NCBI GenBank assembly: GCA_951406725.2
Contig: OX597836.1
Span: 41,168,001 to 41,232,000, forward strand
Source: Octopus vulgaris
Lineage: Eukaryota
Reading direction: 5' to 3'
Length of the DNA stretch: 64,000 nucleotides
Below are positions 29,992 to 45,285 of this stretch, piece after piece; position 1 is the stretch's first letter, and every line of letters starts with the position of its first letter. The translations under genes were made by a program, and so were the position numbers. The notes under the pieces were generated by a model. That model was not told the origin of the DNA, made no database searches, and saw only the letters and a list, made by a program, of their open reading frames with translations.

Positions 29992-30317
29992 GCATACACG
30001 TATGTGTGTGTATGTTTACACAAACACACATTTATATACTGGACACACACACACATGTATGCGTGAATATGCATATTTGTATACTCATACCGCACATGCG
30101 CACATACACACATAATACATACGCGCACGCATGTAGATATTCAAGTTATATAGCTAATTATCACCATGGTAACAAATGCATGTTAAACTAAAGAGAAGAA
30201 AAAAAAAATGAAAGGAGATGGACAAATGAAACAAAGTGTGTATGTGTGGGGGGCGACACTGAATAACGACATAAACGTCAGAGCTGTGACCTTGACCTTC
30301 ATTAGCAGCAAAAACAG

Positions 30318-31020
30318 TGGAGGCGCAATGGCCCAGTGGTTAGGGCAGCGGACTCGCGGTCGGAGGATCGCGGTTTCGATTCCCAGACCGGGCGTTGTGT
30401 GTGTTTATTGAGCAAAAACACCTAAAGCAGCACGAGGCTCCGGTACGGGGTGGTGACGACCCCTGTTGTACACTCTCGCTCCAACATTCTCTCACTCTTT
30501 CTTCCTGTTTCTTGTCCCCTACTTCCTACGCAACAGTTGAGCCTGGATGTGCATTCATCCATCCGTCGATGCTCTCGGTGTCAGGGGTTGACCTGCTTCC
30601 TCTTCCGCGGGTCTTACGAATAGCAAAAGAACCTCGTTTCGGACTTCTCCCAAGAGACGAAGACCACTTCGCCCAACAAACAAACAAACAAGCAGCAGTT
30701 CGAAAATGACTCGCGGTCGGAGGATCACGGTTTCGATTCCCAGACCGGGCGTTGTGTGTGTATTTATTGAGCGAAAACACCTAAAGCTCCGCGAGGCTCC
30801 GGCAGGGGGTGGTGGCGACCCCTGTTGTACTCTTTCGCTCCAACTTTCTCTCATTCTTTCTTCCTGTTTCTTGTCCCCGACTTCCTACGCAACCGCTGAG
30901 CCTGGATGCGCATTCATCCATCCGTCGATGCTCTCGGTGTCGGGGGTTGACCCTGATTTCTCTTCTGCGGGTCTTACGAATAGCAAAGGACCACGTTTCG
31001 GACTTCTCCCATCTTGCGAG
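30318..31020 (+). mobile_element. Two tandem SINE S2 copies with tail type 2
   Basis: Copies 30318-30650 and 30708-31020 share the S2 head/body and a distinct structured tail. Confidence 0.85.
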
Positions 31021-31189
31021 CTCTGGGACGGAGATCGTTCGCTCAGCAGCAACAGGAACAGCAACAGCAGCAACAACAATAACAACAACAACATCTACTT
31101 CGTCCTTGTTTTCTCTCTTCTGTTTACGATGTCTCAAATAATTCCTTACATTTTTATACGTTACGTTGTTCCTATTCTAGTATTCATTT

Positions 31190-32445
<1,256 letters not shown>

Positions 32446-32614
32446 TTGTGCCAATGTTTATTAAATATATTTGTAAACTTTTATATCGCCATTTTGATTA
32501 ATGCTTTTGTTTTTGTTTGTTTCAGGTCAATCCTGATAAAACATTCCAATCGTGGCTATCCCATGTATTGAGAGATCTTGTTATCTAATGTGTCCTTATC
32601 GCCATATTCAAGAA

Positions 32615-32848
32615 ACCTATTTCTTTATTACCCACAATGGGTTAAACACAGAGGGGACAAACAAGGACAGACATAGGTATTAAGTCGATTACATCGACCC
32701 CAGTGCGTAACTGGTACTTAATTTATCGACCCCGAAAGGATGAAAGGCAAAGTCGACCTCGGCGGAATTTGAACTCACAACGTAACGACAGACGAAATAC
32801 CGCTAAGCATTTCGCCCGGCGTGCTAACGTTTCTGCCAGCTCGCCGCC
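32615..32848 (-). mobile_element. SINE S3 monomer
   Basis: Homology to S3. Confidence 0.9.
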
Positions 32849-33859
32849 ATATTCAAGAAACCAGGTTGTGGCTCGATGGCCAATCCGGCTGCTATTTCTA
32901 GCAGCCAGATATCCCTTGGTTTACACACCTTACCCTCACCTCCGTTACAAGTCCATATTACGATAGATCACTAGAGATGATATTTGCTGTGATCCAGTTT
33001 CAAACATCAAATTATACAGAACTTTACAGCCAACCTTTTCACCCCCCCACTCCCTAGTCTGTCTACCTGTTTGCCTGTCTGCCTGTTTGCCTCTTGGTCA
33101 GTCAGTCTACCTCTACCTGTCACTCACTCACAATATATAACGCCTTCTCTTCCTCTCTCTCCCTCTCTCCCTCTCCTCTTATCTATCTGTCCAACGCTTG
33201 CTTCTCTTTCTCGTCTTCTTTCTTTTTCTCACCGTCTTTGGTTGCCTCTCCCCTTCCCTCTCATTCCTGTCTTTCTAAGTCTCCCGCCTTCAATCTCTCT
33301 CTCTCTCTCTCTTTCCATTCATTTCGCTCTTTCCACTCCCTAGTCTATTAGCCAGTAGATCTCTCTATCTCTCTCTCTCTCTTTTTTTTCTTTCCCCTCC
33401 TTTTTTCCTCTTTTTTCTTCTTTTTCCATTTTTCTTTTCTTTTTTCCCTTTTTTTCTTTTTTTTCTTTTCCCTTTTTTTTCTTTTCTTTTTTTTCTTTTC
33501 CTTTTTTCTGTGTGGAAAGTAGCTTGCTTTCGAACCACATGGTTCCGAGTTCAGTCCCACTGTGTGGCACCTTGGACAAGTGTCTTCTACTATAGCCTTT
33601 TTTTTGTTCTTTTTTCCCTTTTTGATCCCTTTTGATCGAAAAACCTACGCCACCTTTTTTTTTTTTTTTTTCTTCCTCCAAAAGAAAAGCTCTACCTTGT
33701 AACTTGTCCCATCTGTGTGCAGCCCTGTGTGGCCAATAAAGAAACTTATCTCTCTCTCTCTCTTTCACACACACTCAATCTCTGTCTCTATTTCTGCCGC
33801 TCTGTCTATCTCTGCTTCCATCTCTGCTCCTTATCTCTTACCTATAAGATTTTTTTCTT

Positions 33860-33890
<31 letters not shown>

Positions 33891-34551
33891 CTAACGCAGT
33901 GTCTCTACCTCACTCTCTATCTATACCCCTACCTAATCTATTACCCAACAAGTCTCTCCCTCCCTCCTTCCCCTCTCTCCATCTCTCCATCTCTCCATCT
34001 CTCCCTCCCTCCCTCTCCCCCTCCCCCTCCCCCTCTCCCCCTCTCTCCATCTCTCCCTCCCTCCCTCCTTCCCTCCTTCTCTCCCTCTCTCTCCCTCCCT
34101 CCCTCTCTCCTTGCTCCCCCTTTCTCACTCGCTCCAATCTATTTGCCAATATGCTTATATATGTCGTTCTCTAATCTTTGCCGTAACCTCTAAGTGCTTC
34201 GTTCACTGATCACATCTTTCGGCTACTTCAACCGTGTTTCAGTACATTGCTCTCCACCGATTGCTCTTTTATTTTTGCTATCAAAATACAGCTGTGTGTT
34301 TTTGTTGTTGTTATATTTAACACAATCGTGTACACGCAAACGTGGAATAAACCTTCGCTGCGGTAACAGTTTCGGAGGAAAAATTCTCGTTATAAACATG
34401 TACACTGTGTGTCTAAAAACAAACAATCACATCATTGAAATCTCAAAGCAATGAGATTAATGCATGATTAATTTAAAACAATGTGAATAAAGAAGCGAAC
34501 AGTAGGACATGTCTTTCTACGTCCCAGCTCAGTGCGTTTACACAATCAATA

Positions 34552-34908
34552 TCTATTTCTTTACTACCCACAAGGGGATAAACACAGAGAGGACAAACAA
34601 GGACAGACAAACGGAGGACAGACAAACGGATTAAGTCGATTACATCGACCCCAGGGCGTAACTGGTACTTATTTAATCGACCTCGAAAGGATGAAAGGCA
34701 AAGTCGACCTCGGCGGAATTTGAATTCAGAACGTAAAGACAGATGAAATACCTATTTCTTTACTACCCACAAGGGGCTAAACACAGAGGGGACAAACAAG
34801 GACAGACAAACGGATTAAGTCGATTATATCGACCCCAGTGCGTAACTGGTACTTAATTTATCGACCCCGAAAGGATGAAAGGCAAAGTCGACCTCGGCGG
34901 AATTTGAA
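34552..34908 (-). mobile_element. SINE S3, two headless tandem units
   Basis: Unit repeat with GAAATA-CC-TATTTC junction. Confidence 0.88.
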
Positions 34909-35221
34909 TACGCACACAATATCTTTAAGGATAATCTCTTTTCTTAGATAGTTACCACAGCGAAAGTTTTTACACTCTCGAGTAAATGTACAAAGTTATA
35001 TTTCAACCATCGTTGCTTAGTGTACTTTTAATCAATTCTAGCTTGAGAAAGCTTTGCACGTGCCAGCAAATTTCTTATTGCACTTTTCATATAAGGCGCA
35101 GGCGTGGGCAGGTTTTAAGAAGCTTCCTTCTCAACTACATGGTTTCAAGTTTATCTTCTCACTGACTGACACCTTGGGCAAGTGTCGGCTGCAGTAGCTT
35201 TGGATCGACCGAAGCCTTGTG

Positions 35222-35530
35222 AGTTTGTTTGTTCCTTTTCGAGCCACGCCTGGCTCATTAGGGCCGGTTTCCCGGTTTCCTTGGCGTATAGGTTTCCCAC
35301 CTGGACGGGACGCCGGTCCGTCGCAGGTGAGCTGCAAGATGCAGGAGGAAAGAATGAGAGAAAGTTGTGGCGAAAGAGTCAGCAGAAGTTCACCATTATT
35401 TTCTGCCGGAGTCGCGTGGAGCTTAGGTGTTTTCGCTCATAAACACACACACACCGCCAGGTCTGAGATTGGAAACCGCGATCCCTCGACCGTGAGTCCG
35501 CTGCTCTTGCCAGTAGGGCATGTGCCTCCA
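35222..35530 (-). mobile_element. SINE S2 with tail type 4, inserted into an S1 copy
   Basis: S2 head on minus strand; AAGCCTTGTGAGT present on both sides (TSD-like). Confidence 0.8.
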
Positions 35531-35913
35531 CAAAGCCTTGTGAGTGGATTTGGTTGACGAAAATAAGTACCAGTTTTTAATGGGTTGTGAACAGTGCATT
35601 CCGTGTCAATAGCTGCTGAAGTGTAATGAAGCGCGTGTCCCACAGTTCGATCATGTCAGTCAAAGTCTAAGGTTCCATAAGGTGTTAACTTTGTCTTCCA
35701 GACAAGTAGAGCAAATCATTTGAGATCTTTGTAATTTCGAAAAACATTTAAATAGATAAATTCTTGCCGATACATCCACTGGATTTTATTGAGGAATTTC
35801 CAATTGCTCATGGGTTAACACGTTTTTTCCAAACCTAATGAAATTACCATTCCCTAAATATTCATTTATTAATCAATATGATTCGCTTCCCTTCTTACAT
35901 TTTGTCAATATAT

Positions 35914-37040
<1,127 letters not shown>

Positions 37041-37249
37041 AAAAACAATGAAAGTGTGTCTGTATTTTCGTATTTAGTCTTCAATGAGCTCCAACTACTG
37101 ACCTCTAGTCAAGTGCAATTTGGAGAACACACACACACACACACATTTTTTCTAATTAAATTATCTTTATCTCTACGTGGGTGTATAATAGAGCTTGCTA
37201 TGTGGATCATTCTTTCTAAATGCGTGCGCATAGGTGTGTATAGGTGTGT

Positions 37250-37686
37250 ATGTATGGCTGTGTGGTAAGAAGCTGGCTTCCCAACCACATGGTTCCGGGT
37301 TCGGTCCCACTGTGCGGCACCTTGTGCAAGTGTCTTCTACCATAGCCTCGGACCAACTAGAACCTTGTGACTGGATTTGATAGACGGAAACTGAAAGAAG
37401 CCCGTCGTATACACACACACGTCGTAGGATCGCGGTTTCGATTCCTAGACCGGGCATTGTGAGTGTTTATTGAGCAAAAACACCTAAAGCTCCACGAGGC
37501 TCCGACAGGGGTTGGTGTCGATCCCTGCTGTACTCTTTCGCCACAACTTTCTCTCACTCTTTCTTCTGTTGGCCTGCTCGCTTAGCCAGAGGGGTGGCGT
37601 CATTTGAAGGCTAAAACAATGCGAAACGCATTGTGACCAGCGATGTGTAGCAACATCTGATAGCCTGGTCGGTCACGGTGATCACA

Positions 37687-37690
<4 letters not shown>
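37250..37690 (+). mobile_element. S1 head fragment followed by 5'-truncated S2 with tail type 3
   Basis: Tail homologous to 62965-63100. Confidence 0.8.
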
Positions 37691-37727
<37 letters not shown>

Positions 37728-38149
37728 TTATTTATATGTGTGTGTGTGGGGAAGTGTGTATTCATATCAACATCATCAAAATGGCGGCTGTATTCAATAA
37801 ACAAGTGAAGTGTATATGATATCTCCATTCAGACTCTCTCCCTCAGTTTCTCTCTCTCTCTCTCTCTATCTCTCTCACTCTTTCTCGCTCTCTCTCTCTC
37901 TCTGTCATGCATACACTTTTACATACATACGCCCGCACTTACACACACAAGCATACATACACACATCCTCTCTCTTACATACTGTATATATATACATGCA
38001 AACATACACACGAACACTGACACAGAGACACATGCATACAAACTATCATACCAATACATAAACACACATTCACACACACTCTTTCTCACACGTACATACT
38101 CTTACACACTGTCTGTCTGTCTGTCTGTTTGTCTCTCTCACGCTCAAAC

Positions 38150-38940
38150 AGTTTCTCTCCTTCTCTCTTCTCTCTCTCCTCCCTCTCTTCTCTCCTCTCT
38201 TCCCTCTCTTCTCTCCCCCTTCTCTTCTCTCTTCCCTCTCTTCTCTCCTCCCTCTCTTCTCTCTTCCCTCTCTTCTCTCCTCCCTCTCTTCTCTCTTCCC
38301 TCTTTTCTCTCCTCCCTCTCTTCTCTCTTCCCTCTCTTCTCTCCTCCCTCTCTTCTCTCTTCCCTCTCTTCTCTCCTCCCTCTCTTCTCTCCTCCCTCTC
38401 TTCTCTCTTCCCTCTTTTCTCTCCTCCCTCTCTTCTCTCTCTTCTCTTCTCTTCTCCCTCTCTTCTCTCCTCCCTCTCTTCTCTCTTCCCTCTTTTCTCT
38501 CCTCCCTCTCTTCTCTCTTCCCTCTCTTCTCTCCTCCCTCTCTTCTCTCCTCCCTCTCTTCTCTCCTCCCTCTCTTCTGTCTTCCCTCTCTTCTCTCCTC
38601 CCTCTCTTCTCTCCTCCCTCTCTTCTCTCTTCCCTCTCTTCTCTCCTCCCTCTCTTCTCTCTTCCCTCTCTTCTCTCCTCCCTCTCTTCTCTCTTCCCGC
38701 TCTTCTCTCCTCCATCTCTTCTCTCCTCCCTCTCTTCTCTCTTCCCTCTCTTCTCTCCTCCCTCTCTTCTCTCTTCCCTCTCTTCTCTCCTCCCTCTCTT
38801 GTCTCTTCCCTCTCTTCTCTCCTCCTTCTCTTCTCTCTTCCCTCTCTTCTCTCCTCCCTCTCTTCTCTCTTCCCTCTCTTCTCTCCTCCCTCTCTTCTCT
38901 CTTCCCTCTCTTCTCTCCTCCCTCTCTTCTCTCTTCCCCT
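38150..38940. repeat. 16-bp polypyrimidine minisatellite (CTCTCTTCTCTCYTCC)n
   Basis: Direct reading; 16-aa periodicity in the spurious ORFs. Confidence 0.92.
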
Positions 38941-39148
38941 GTCTATCCATCTCTCTCCCCTCTCTCTCTCTCCCTCTCTCTTCCCCTGTCTATCCATTCT
39001 CCCCCCTCTCTCACTCACATTCTCACTCTCTCACATATTCTCTTACACACGCACAAACACACAATCAAGCTACAGAGACGCACTTAAATACCCACACCCA
39101 CACCCTCTCTCTCTATCTCTCTTGTTCTATCTCTTTCTCTCTCTCTCG

Positions 39149-39520
39149 CTTAAACACAATGTCTCTCTCTCTCTCTCTTCTCTCTCTTTCTCTCACACCC
39201 ACCCACACACTCATACACACGTACAGAAGCACACACACATACACAGAGGCAAACACACGCACACACACACACACACACACACACTCTCTCTCTCTTAAAC
39301 ACAATGTCTCTCTCTCTGTCTCTCTCTCTGTCTCTCTCTTCTCTCTCTCTCACACACACCCACACACTCACACACACGTACAGAAGCACACACACACACA
39401 CACGTACAGAAGCACACACACACACACAAAGGCACATACACAGAGGCAAACACACACACACTCTCTCTCTCTCTCTCTCTCTCTTAAACACAATGTCTCT
39501 CTCTGTCTCTCTCTCTTCTC
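39149..39520. repeat. Three-copy compound tandem repeat anchored by CTTAAACACAATGTCTCTC
   Basis: Anchor at ~39149, 39294, 39483. Confidence 0.75.
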
Positions 39521-39629
39521 TCTCTCCCTCATATTAGCGTACACACACACACACACACTCTCACACGCAAACAACAGATTCTCTCTCTCTCTTTCTCTTT
39601 CTCAAACACTAACGAAGGATCATTATTTC

Positions 39630-39663
<34 letters not shown>

Positions 39664-39978
39664 ACACACACGTACACACACACGTACACACACACGTACA
39701 CACACACGTACACACACACGTACACACAAACACACACGTACACACACACACGCATATACACGCACGCACTCGCTCACTCGCGCGATCGTTATTCAAAGCG
39801 TGGGAACCAGAAGAATCACTGCTAAAACTTAATCTTATCGGGGGCCCCTCACACCTCTGAGTGGATGTTCATGATAAAACACACTACATATACAGTTTAA
39901 AAGCGCAACATAAGCCCTTTACGCCTTCATTAACATTTTTTGTTTTATTTTCAAAATTGTTTTTCGAGCTTGCTACTT

Positions 39979-40441
39979 ATCAATAACAAAAACTGATTAG
40001 CAAAAACTGCACCTACGAGGGGTTTTTGGGTAAAATAATATAATGGTGGATCAGTGAATTATGAGTTGGTTCAAGATATTTCCCTCTCAGATTCACGCTC
40101 CTGTTGTAGCGGGCCTTCAGTTTTTCTAAGGCTTGTAAAAGAACTCGGAAGGGTGGGCCTCCAACCACACCTTTCACGACACCCTTAAAGCCAGGAACTT
40201 TTCATCAATAACCAAACTGATTAGCAAAAACTGCACCTACGAGGGGTTTTTGGGTAAAATAATATAATGGAGGATCAGTGAATTATGAGTTGGTTCAAGA
40301 TGTTACCCTCTCAGATTCACGCGCCTATTGTGGCGGTCCTTCAGTTTTTCTAAGCCTTGTAAAAGAACTCGGAAGGGCGGGCCTCTAACCACACCTTTCA
40401 CGACACCCTTAAAGCCAGGAACTTTTCATCAAGCCCTTGTA
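39979..40441 (-). mobile_element. Mariner-derived MITE, tandemly duplicated (224-bp period)
   Basis: TACGAGGGG terminus at 40014 and 40238, CCCTTGTA at the right end; minus strand encodes decayed KKLKARYNRSVNLRGKYLE resembling a mariner C-terminus. Confidence 0.65.
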
Positions 40442-40477
40442 TGTGTGTGTGTGTATGTATGTATGTATGTATGTATG

Positions 40478-40508
<31 letters not shown>

Positions 40509-40512
40509 TCTA

Positions 40513-40738
40513 TGGCGAGCTGGCAGACACGTTAGCGCGCAGGGCGAAATGCTTAGCGGTATTTCGTCTGTCGTTACGTTCTGAGTTCAAATTCCGCCGA
40601 GGTCGACTTCGCCGTTCATCCTTTCGGGGTCGATAAATATAATACCAGTTTCGCACTGGGGTCGATGTAATCGACTTAATCCGTTTGTCTGTCCTTCTTT
40701 GTCCCCTCTATGTTTAGCCCCTTGTGGGCAATAAAGAA

Positions 40739-40740
<2 letters not shown>
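40513..40740 (+). mobile_element. SINE S3 monomer
   Basis: Homology to S3. Confidence 0.9.
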
Positions 40741-40815
<75 letters not shown>

Positions 40816-40961
40816 CCCAACTTATGTACGTAGAGTTTACCTAGTAAGGTGTTCTGTCTAGGGACCAAGGAGTGACAAACGCTGGCTTAGATGGACTACG
40901 GAGATAGATAAAATGTTTACAGGATATTTCAAGGAAGAATATAATATAATGTAATATAATA

Positions 40962-41456
40962 TATTATTACGTTCGCTATTTCCAGTAAATATCGGTACTT
41001 CGTTGTGCCATATATTTACTTCTTTGTATATTTTTCCCTCACGGGCTATTCTTTACTGGAAAGCAATACTCTAGTATTGCATTACTAATTTATTGAAACT
41101 TCTTCACCGTTCTCGTGCTGTTAGCGTTTCGGCGTTTCAGTCGAGTGTATTGGCATTAATGTGGTAACATCTGAAATGTTGTCGTGGTATATGTTTGGCT
41201 GATGAAGATAGATCAAGTTTATGGGTGCAGACATATCTTGAAAAATCTGAAACCGACGCCGGTCCCACATTATCCTTTTCTAGGTATTTCATCTTTCAGA
41301 TGTTCTCCCATGGAGGTAAGACAATTTTTTCTAGTTTGTTGCACTCACGCATTTTTGCTAGTACATACGCGATAAAGCTATACATTAGCGTCGTATTATT
41401 ACGTTCGCTATTTCCAGTAAATATCGGTACTTCGTTGTGCCATATATTTACTTCTT

Positions 41457-41463
<7 letters not shown>
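40962..41463 (+). mobile_element. Retrozyme-like / Penelope partial-tandem element, 432-bp unit with 70-bp terminal direct repeat (family C)
   Basis: Identical 40962-41031 and 41394-41463; internal hammerhead; ends in (TA)n. Confidence 0.75.
41191..41270 (+). ncRNA. Type I hammerhead ribozyme, canonical core
   Basis: ATG tt TGG-CTGATGA-AGAT..TCAAG..TATG/CATA..CTTGA..ATCT-GAA-ACCG acgc CGGT-C-CCA CAT; GUC site, cut after 41264. Confidence 0.85.
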
Positions 41464-41531
<68 letters not shown>

Positions 41532-41556
41532 TATATTAGAAGGTTTGGAGGTGATA

Positions 41557-41813
41557 TTAGCAGAAATAAGGTACTCAGACATCTTGATGGCTTTATATTT
41601 ACATATTTTTATTAATATGTCACATGTTTTCATAAATCATATATTAGCGCTTGCATCTACTCTAGTAGAATCTTCAAATTTTGTGTCAGTTTGTTCTGAA
41701 GATTCTACTAGAGTAGATGCAAGCGCTAATATATGATTTATGAAAACATATGACATAATAAAAATGTGTAAATGTACAACCATCCAGATTTATGATGAGT
41801 ACCTTATTTTTTC

Positions 41814-41816
<3 letters not shown>
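41557..41816. mobile_element. Inverted-repeat element family D with hammerhead variant (plus 41696-41728)
   Basis: Arms 41557-41676 / 41697-41816; CTGAAGA-T-TCTAC taga GTAGA-T-GCA-AGCGCT-A. Confidence 0.65.
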
Positions 41817-41868
<52 letters not shown>

Positions 41869-41931
41869 CACACGGGTGTGTATGATTGAGTATAGAAGAA
41901 TATCTTACCATGTGGTTGAAAAGCAAGCTTC

Positions 41932-42140
41932 TTATTTCTTTACTACCCACAAGGGGCTAAACAAAAAGGGGACAAAACAAGGACAAACAAACGGATTAAG
42001 TCGATTACATCGACCCCAGTGCGTAGCTGGTACTTAATTTATCGACCCCGAAAGGATGAAAGGCGAAGTCGACCTCGGCGGAATTTGAAGGTCGACTTTA
42101 CCTTTCATCCTTTCGGGGTCGATAAATTAAGTACCAGTTA
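41932..42140. mobile_element. SINE S3 unit with fold-back inversion
   Basis: Minus copy 41932-42088 immediately followed by plus copy of the Nin-like core. Confidence 0.8.
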
Positions 42141-42549
42141 CGCGCACACACTCACTCACACACAGATATATATATATACACACACAAACACACACATTCG
42201 CGTACTCACTCACACACACATACACACACACACTTACACACACACACATACACACACACACTCACACACACATATATTCACACACAAACACACACATTCG
42301 CGTACTCACTCACACACACATACACACACACTTACACACACACACACATACACACACACACATATACACACACACAAACACACACATTCGCGTACTCACA
42401 CACACATACACACACACATGCACACACACACACACACACATATTTATATAGGTCATTGATGCATTGGTTTTCGTCGGATAAAACTTCTTCATAGACAGAA
42501 ATAATTTCGGAACGAGACGTACATCGTCCCAACAGTTACCCACAGAAAG

Positions 42550-42592
42550 CACCAGGCGCGTTTCGCCCTTCTTGGAGTGCTTATCACTGATG
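42550..42592 (-). ncRNA. Degenerate minimal hammerhead (family K)
   Basis: CATCA-GTGATAA-GCACT ccaaga AGGGC-GAA-ACGCGC-C-TGGTG; several core mismatches. Confidence 0.4.
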
Positions 42593-42967
42593 TGTAACAT
42601 GAAGTCATATGCTAGGACAAAGTATGTCCCTCTCCATACAGTCACTGATATATTTAAATATGCTACCGACAACATCTGAAGAGGCAGAAATGCAACGAAT
42701 GTTATCACTAGCCATTCTCGCGACAGTTTTTTCTCCCTCCGATCTGTGTTGCTTTTAATTACCGCACGTCGATAAGAAATATTATATCTGCTCAAATACC
42801 ACAATAAATTTCCCTTTATCTTTTACTTGATTCAGTCTAGTGTGCGGCTAAGCTGGGCTACCACCTTGAAAAAATTTTGCAGTCATGCTGGGGTATCTAT
42901 CACCTCGAAAGAAGTTTCAGTCGAATGATTAGACCCCAGTATTATTTTGAAAACCAGGTACATATTC

Positions 42968-43567
42968 TTATTTCTTTATTGCCCACAAGTGGCTAAAAAT
43001 AGAGAGGACAAACAAGAACAGACAAAGGGATTAAGTCGATTACATTAACCCCAGTGCATAACAGGTACTTAATTTATCGAACCCGAAGGGATGAAAGGCG
43101 AAGTCGACCTCGGCGGAATTTGAACTCAGAACGTAGCGGCAGACGAAATACCTATTTCTTTACTACCCACAAGGGGTTAAACACAGAGAGGACAAACAAG
43201 AACAGACACACGGGTTAAGTCGATTATGTCGATCCCAGTGCATAACTGGTACTTAATTTATCGATCCCGAAGGGATGAAAGGCAAAGTCGACCTCGGCGG
43301 AATTTGAACTCAGAACGTAGCGGCAGACGAAATACCTATTTCTTTATTACCCACAAGGGGCTAAACACAGAGGGGACAAACAAGGACAGACATAGGTATT
43401 AAGTCGATTACATCGACCCCAGTGCGAAACTGGTACTTAATTTATCGACCCCGAAAGGATGAAAGGCAAAGTCGACCTCGGCGGAATTTGAACTCACAAC
43501 GTAACGCAGACGAAATACCGCTAAGCATTTCGCCCGGCGTGCTAACGTTTCTGCCAGCTCACCACCC
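42968..43567 (-). mobile_element. SINE S3, head plus 3 tandem ~184-bp units
   Basis: Junctions at 43145-43158 and 43329-43342. Confidence 0.9.
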
Positions 43568-44459
43568 TGACTACATTGCATAATAATGATTTTAAATGTC
43601 GGCACAAGGCCAGCAATTTGGAGGGGGGGTTATTTTTTTTTAGCTCTTGCATCACTCTCTTTGAGATTTTAAATTTTTCTGTCGCCCACTAAACTTTATG
43701 AGTGGAATAATTACTTTAATTTTGTAATAAATGGTTAATAGCAAGCCGACGAGCTGGCAGAATCGTTAGCACGCCGGGCGGAATGCTTAACGGTATTTCA
43801 CCCGTCTTCATGTTCTGAGTTCAAATTCCGCCGGGGTCGACTTTGTCTTTCATCCTTTCGGGGTCGATAAATTAAGGACCAGTGAAACACTGGAGTTGAC
43901 GTAATCGACTAGTCCTCTCCCCCAAAATTTCAAGGCCTTGTACCTTCAATAGAATAGAATAAATGGTTTAATAGTGGAAACAGATCACCTTTGAAACACT
44001 AAAAAGAAGCTTTATGAAATAACAAAGTTTTAAATATTGTTTTAAATCGCTTTTACTGTCATGAAGTTCATTTTTATGAAGGTTTAAAAATTGATAATTT
44101 GCAATGGAAATAATGTTTGAAAAATATTATAATAAATAAACCTAATTCTTTTAAAAAAGGTGACCTGTTTTCTAACATTCACGTATTAAACTACACAAAA
44201 TACTTTACTTCACTGTTATATCTGGTTTGCAAGGTTCTTGATATGGATTCGTGTATTGAATAAAATCTTGTCGTTTTGGGAAGGTCAATAACGATAACAC
44301 AAGCTCTGATTCAATATCAGTTAATTGGTTAAATATCTTAGCAATTTACTAACAATAAAGAACTGAAATTGAACCAGTGCATGTGTTAGTATTAATGTAA
44401 TGTCCGCTCCCCAAGATACACAAAATATCATTGTCTATTAATTGCACATATATTTTCTA

Positions 44460-44671
44460 TTACTCTTTTATTCTTTTACTTGATTCAGTCATTTGACTGC
44501 GGCCATGCTGGAGCACCGCCTTTAGTCGAGCAAATCAACCCCGGGACTTATTCTTTGTAAGCCCAGTACTTATTCTATCGGTCTCTTTTGCCGAACCGCT
44601 AAGTAACGGGGACATAAACACACCCGCATCGGTTGTCAAGCAATGCTAGGGGGACAAACACAGACACACAA

Positions 44672-44714
<43 letters not shown>

Positions 44715-45166
44715 TACGACGAGCTTCTTTCAGTTTCCGTCTACCAAATCCACTCACAAGGCTTTGGTCGGCCCGAGGCTATAGTAGAAGACACTTGCCC
44801 AAGGTGCCACGCAGTGGGACTGAACCCGGAACCATATATAAGGGTTAAGATCCCCCTCGGACATGAATGGCCATAGGATTGCACATAGAAAGCTTTCCTC
44901 CGTGACACAAGTTTGGGCAAAGTGGTCTGTGGAAAACCAGCAGTCACCCATGCATATCAGCTTCCTCTCTCCACACCACTCATGTTGTCCCAGGGAAAGG
45001 CAAAGGCCGATACAGCTCGGCACCAGTGTGGTCGCAACTCATTTCTATATCTGAGTGAACTGGAGCAATGTGAAATAAAGTATCTTGCTCAAGAACACAA
45101 CGCCCAGCTCGACTTGGAGATCGAACTGTCAACCTGGAAATTGTAGGCTCGACGCTTTAACCATGC

Positions 45167-45168
<2 letters not shown>
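44460..45168 (-). mobile_element. SINE S1 (44460-44835) adjacent to SINE S4 (44848-45168)
   Basis: Homology to S1 and S4. Confidence 0.85.
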
Positions 45169-45216
<48 letters not shown>

Positions 45217-45285
45217 TATATATACACATATAAATATGCATATACATATATATATATGCGTATATATATGTATATATGTATATGT

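Noticed and set aside
30510-31020. Ribozyme in S2 tail type 2 (CCGAAAC motif and several hairpins)
   Set aside because: No CUGANGA-like core or consistent HDV pseudoknot could be folded in both copies
37776-37790. Isolated YY1-like AAAATGGCGGC
   Set aside because: Single motif amid repeats with no supporting promoter elements
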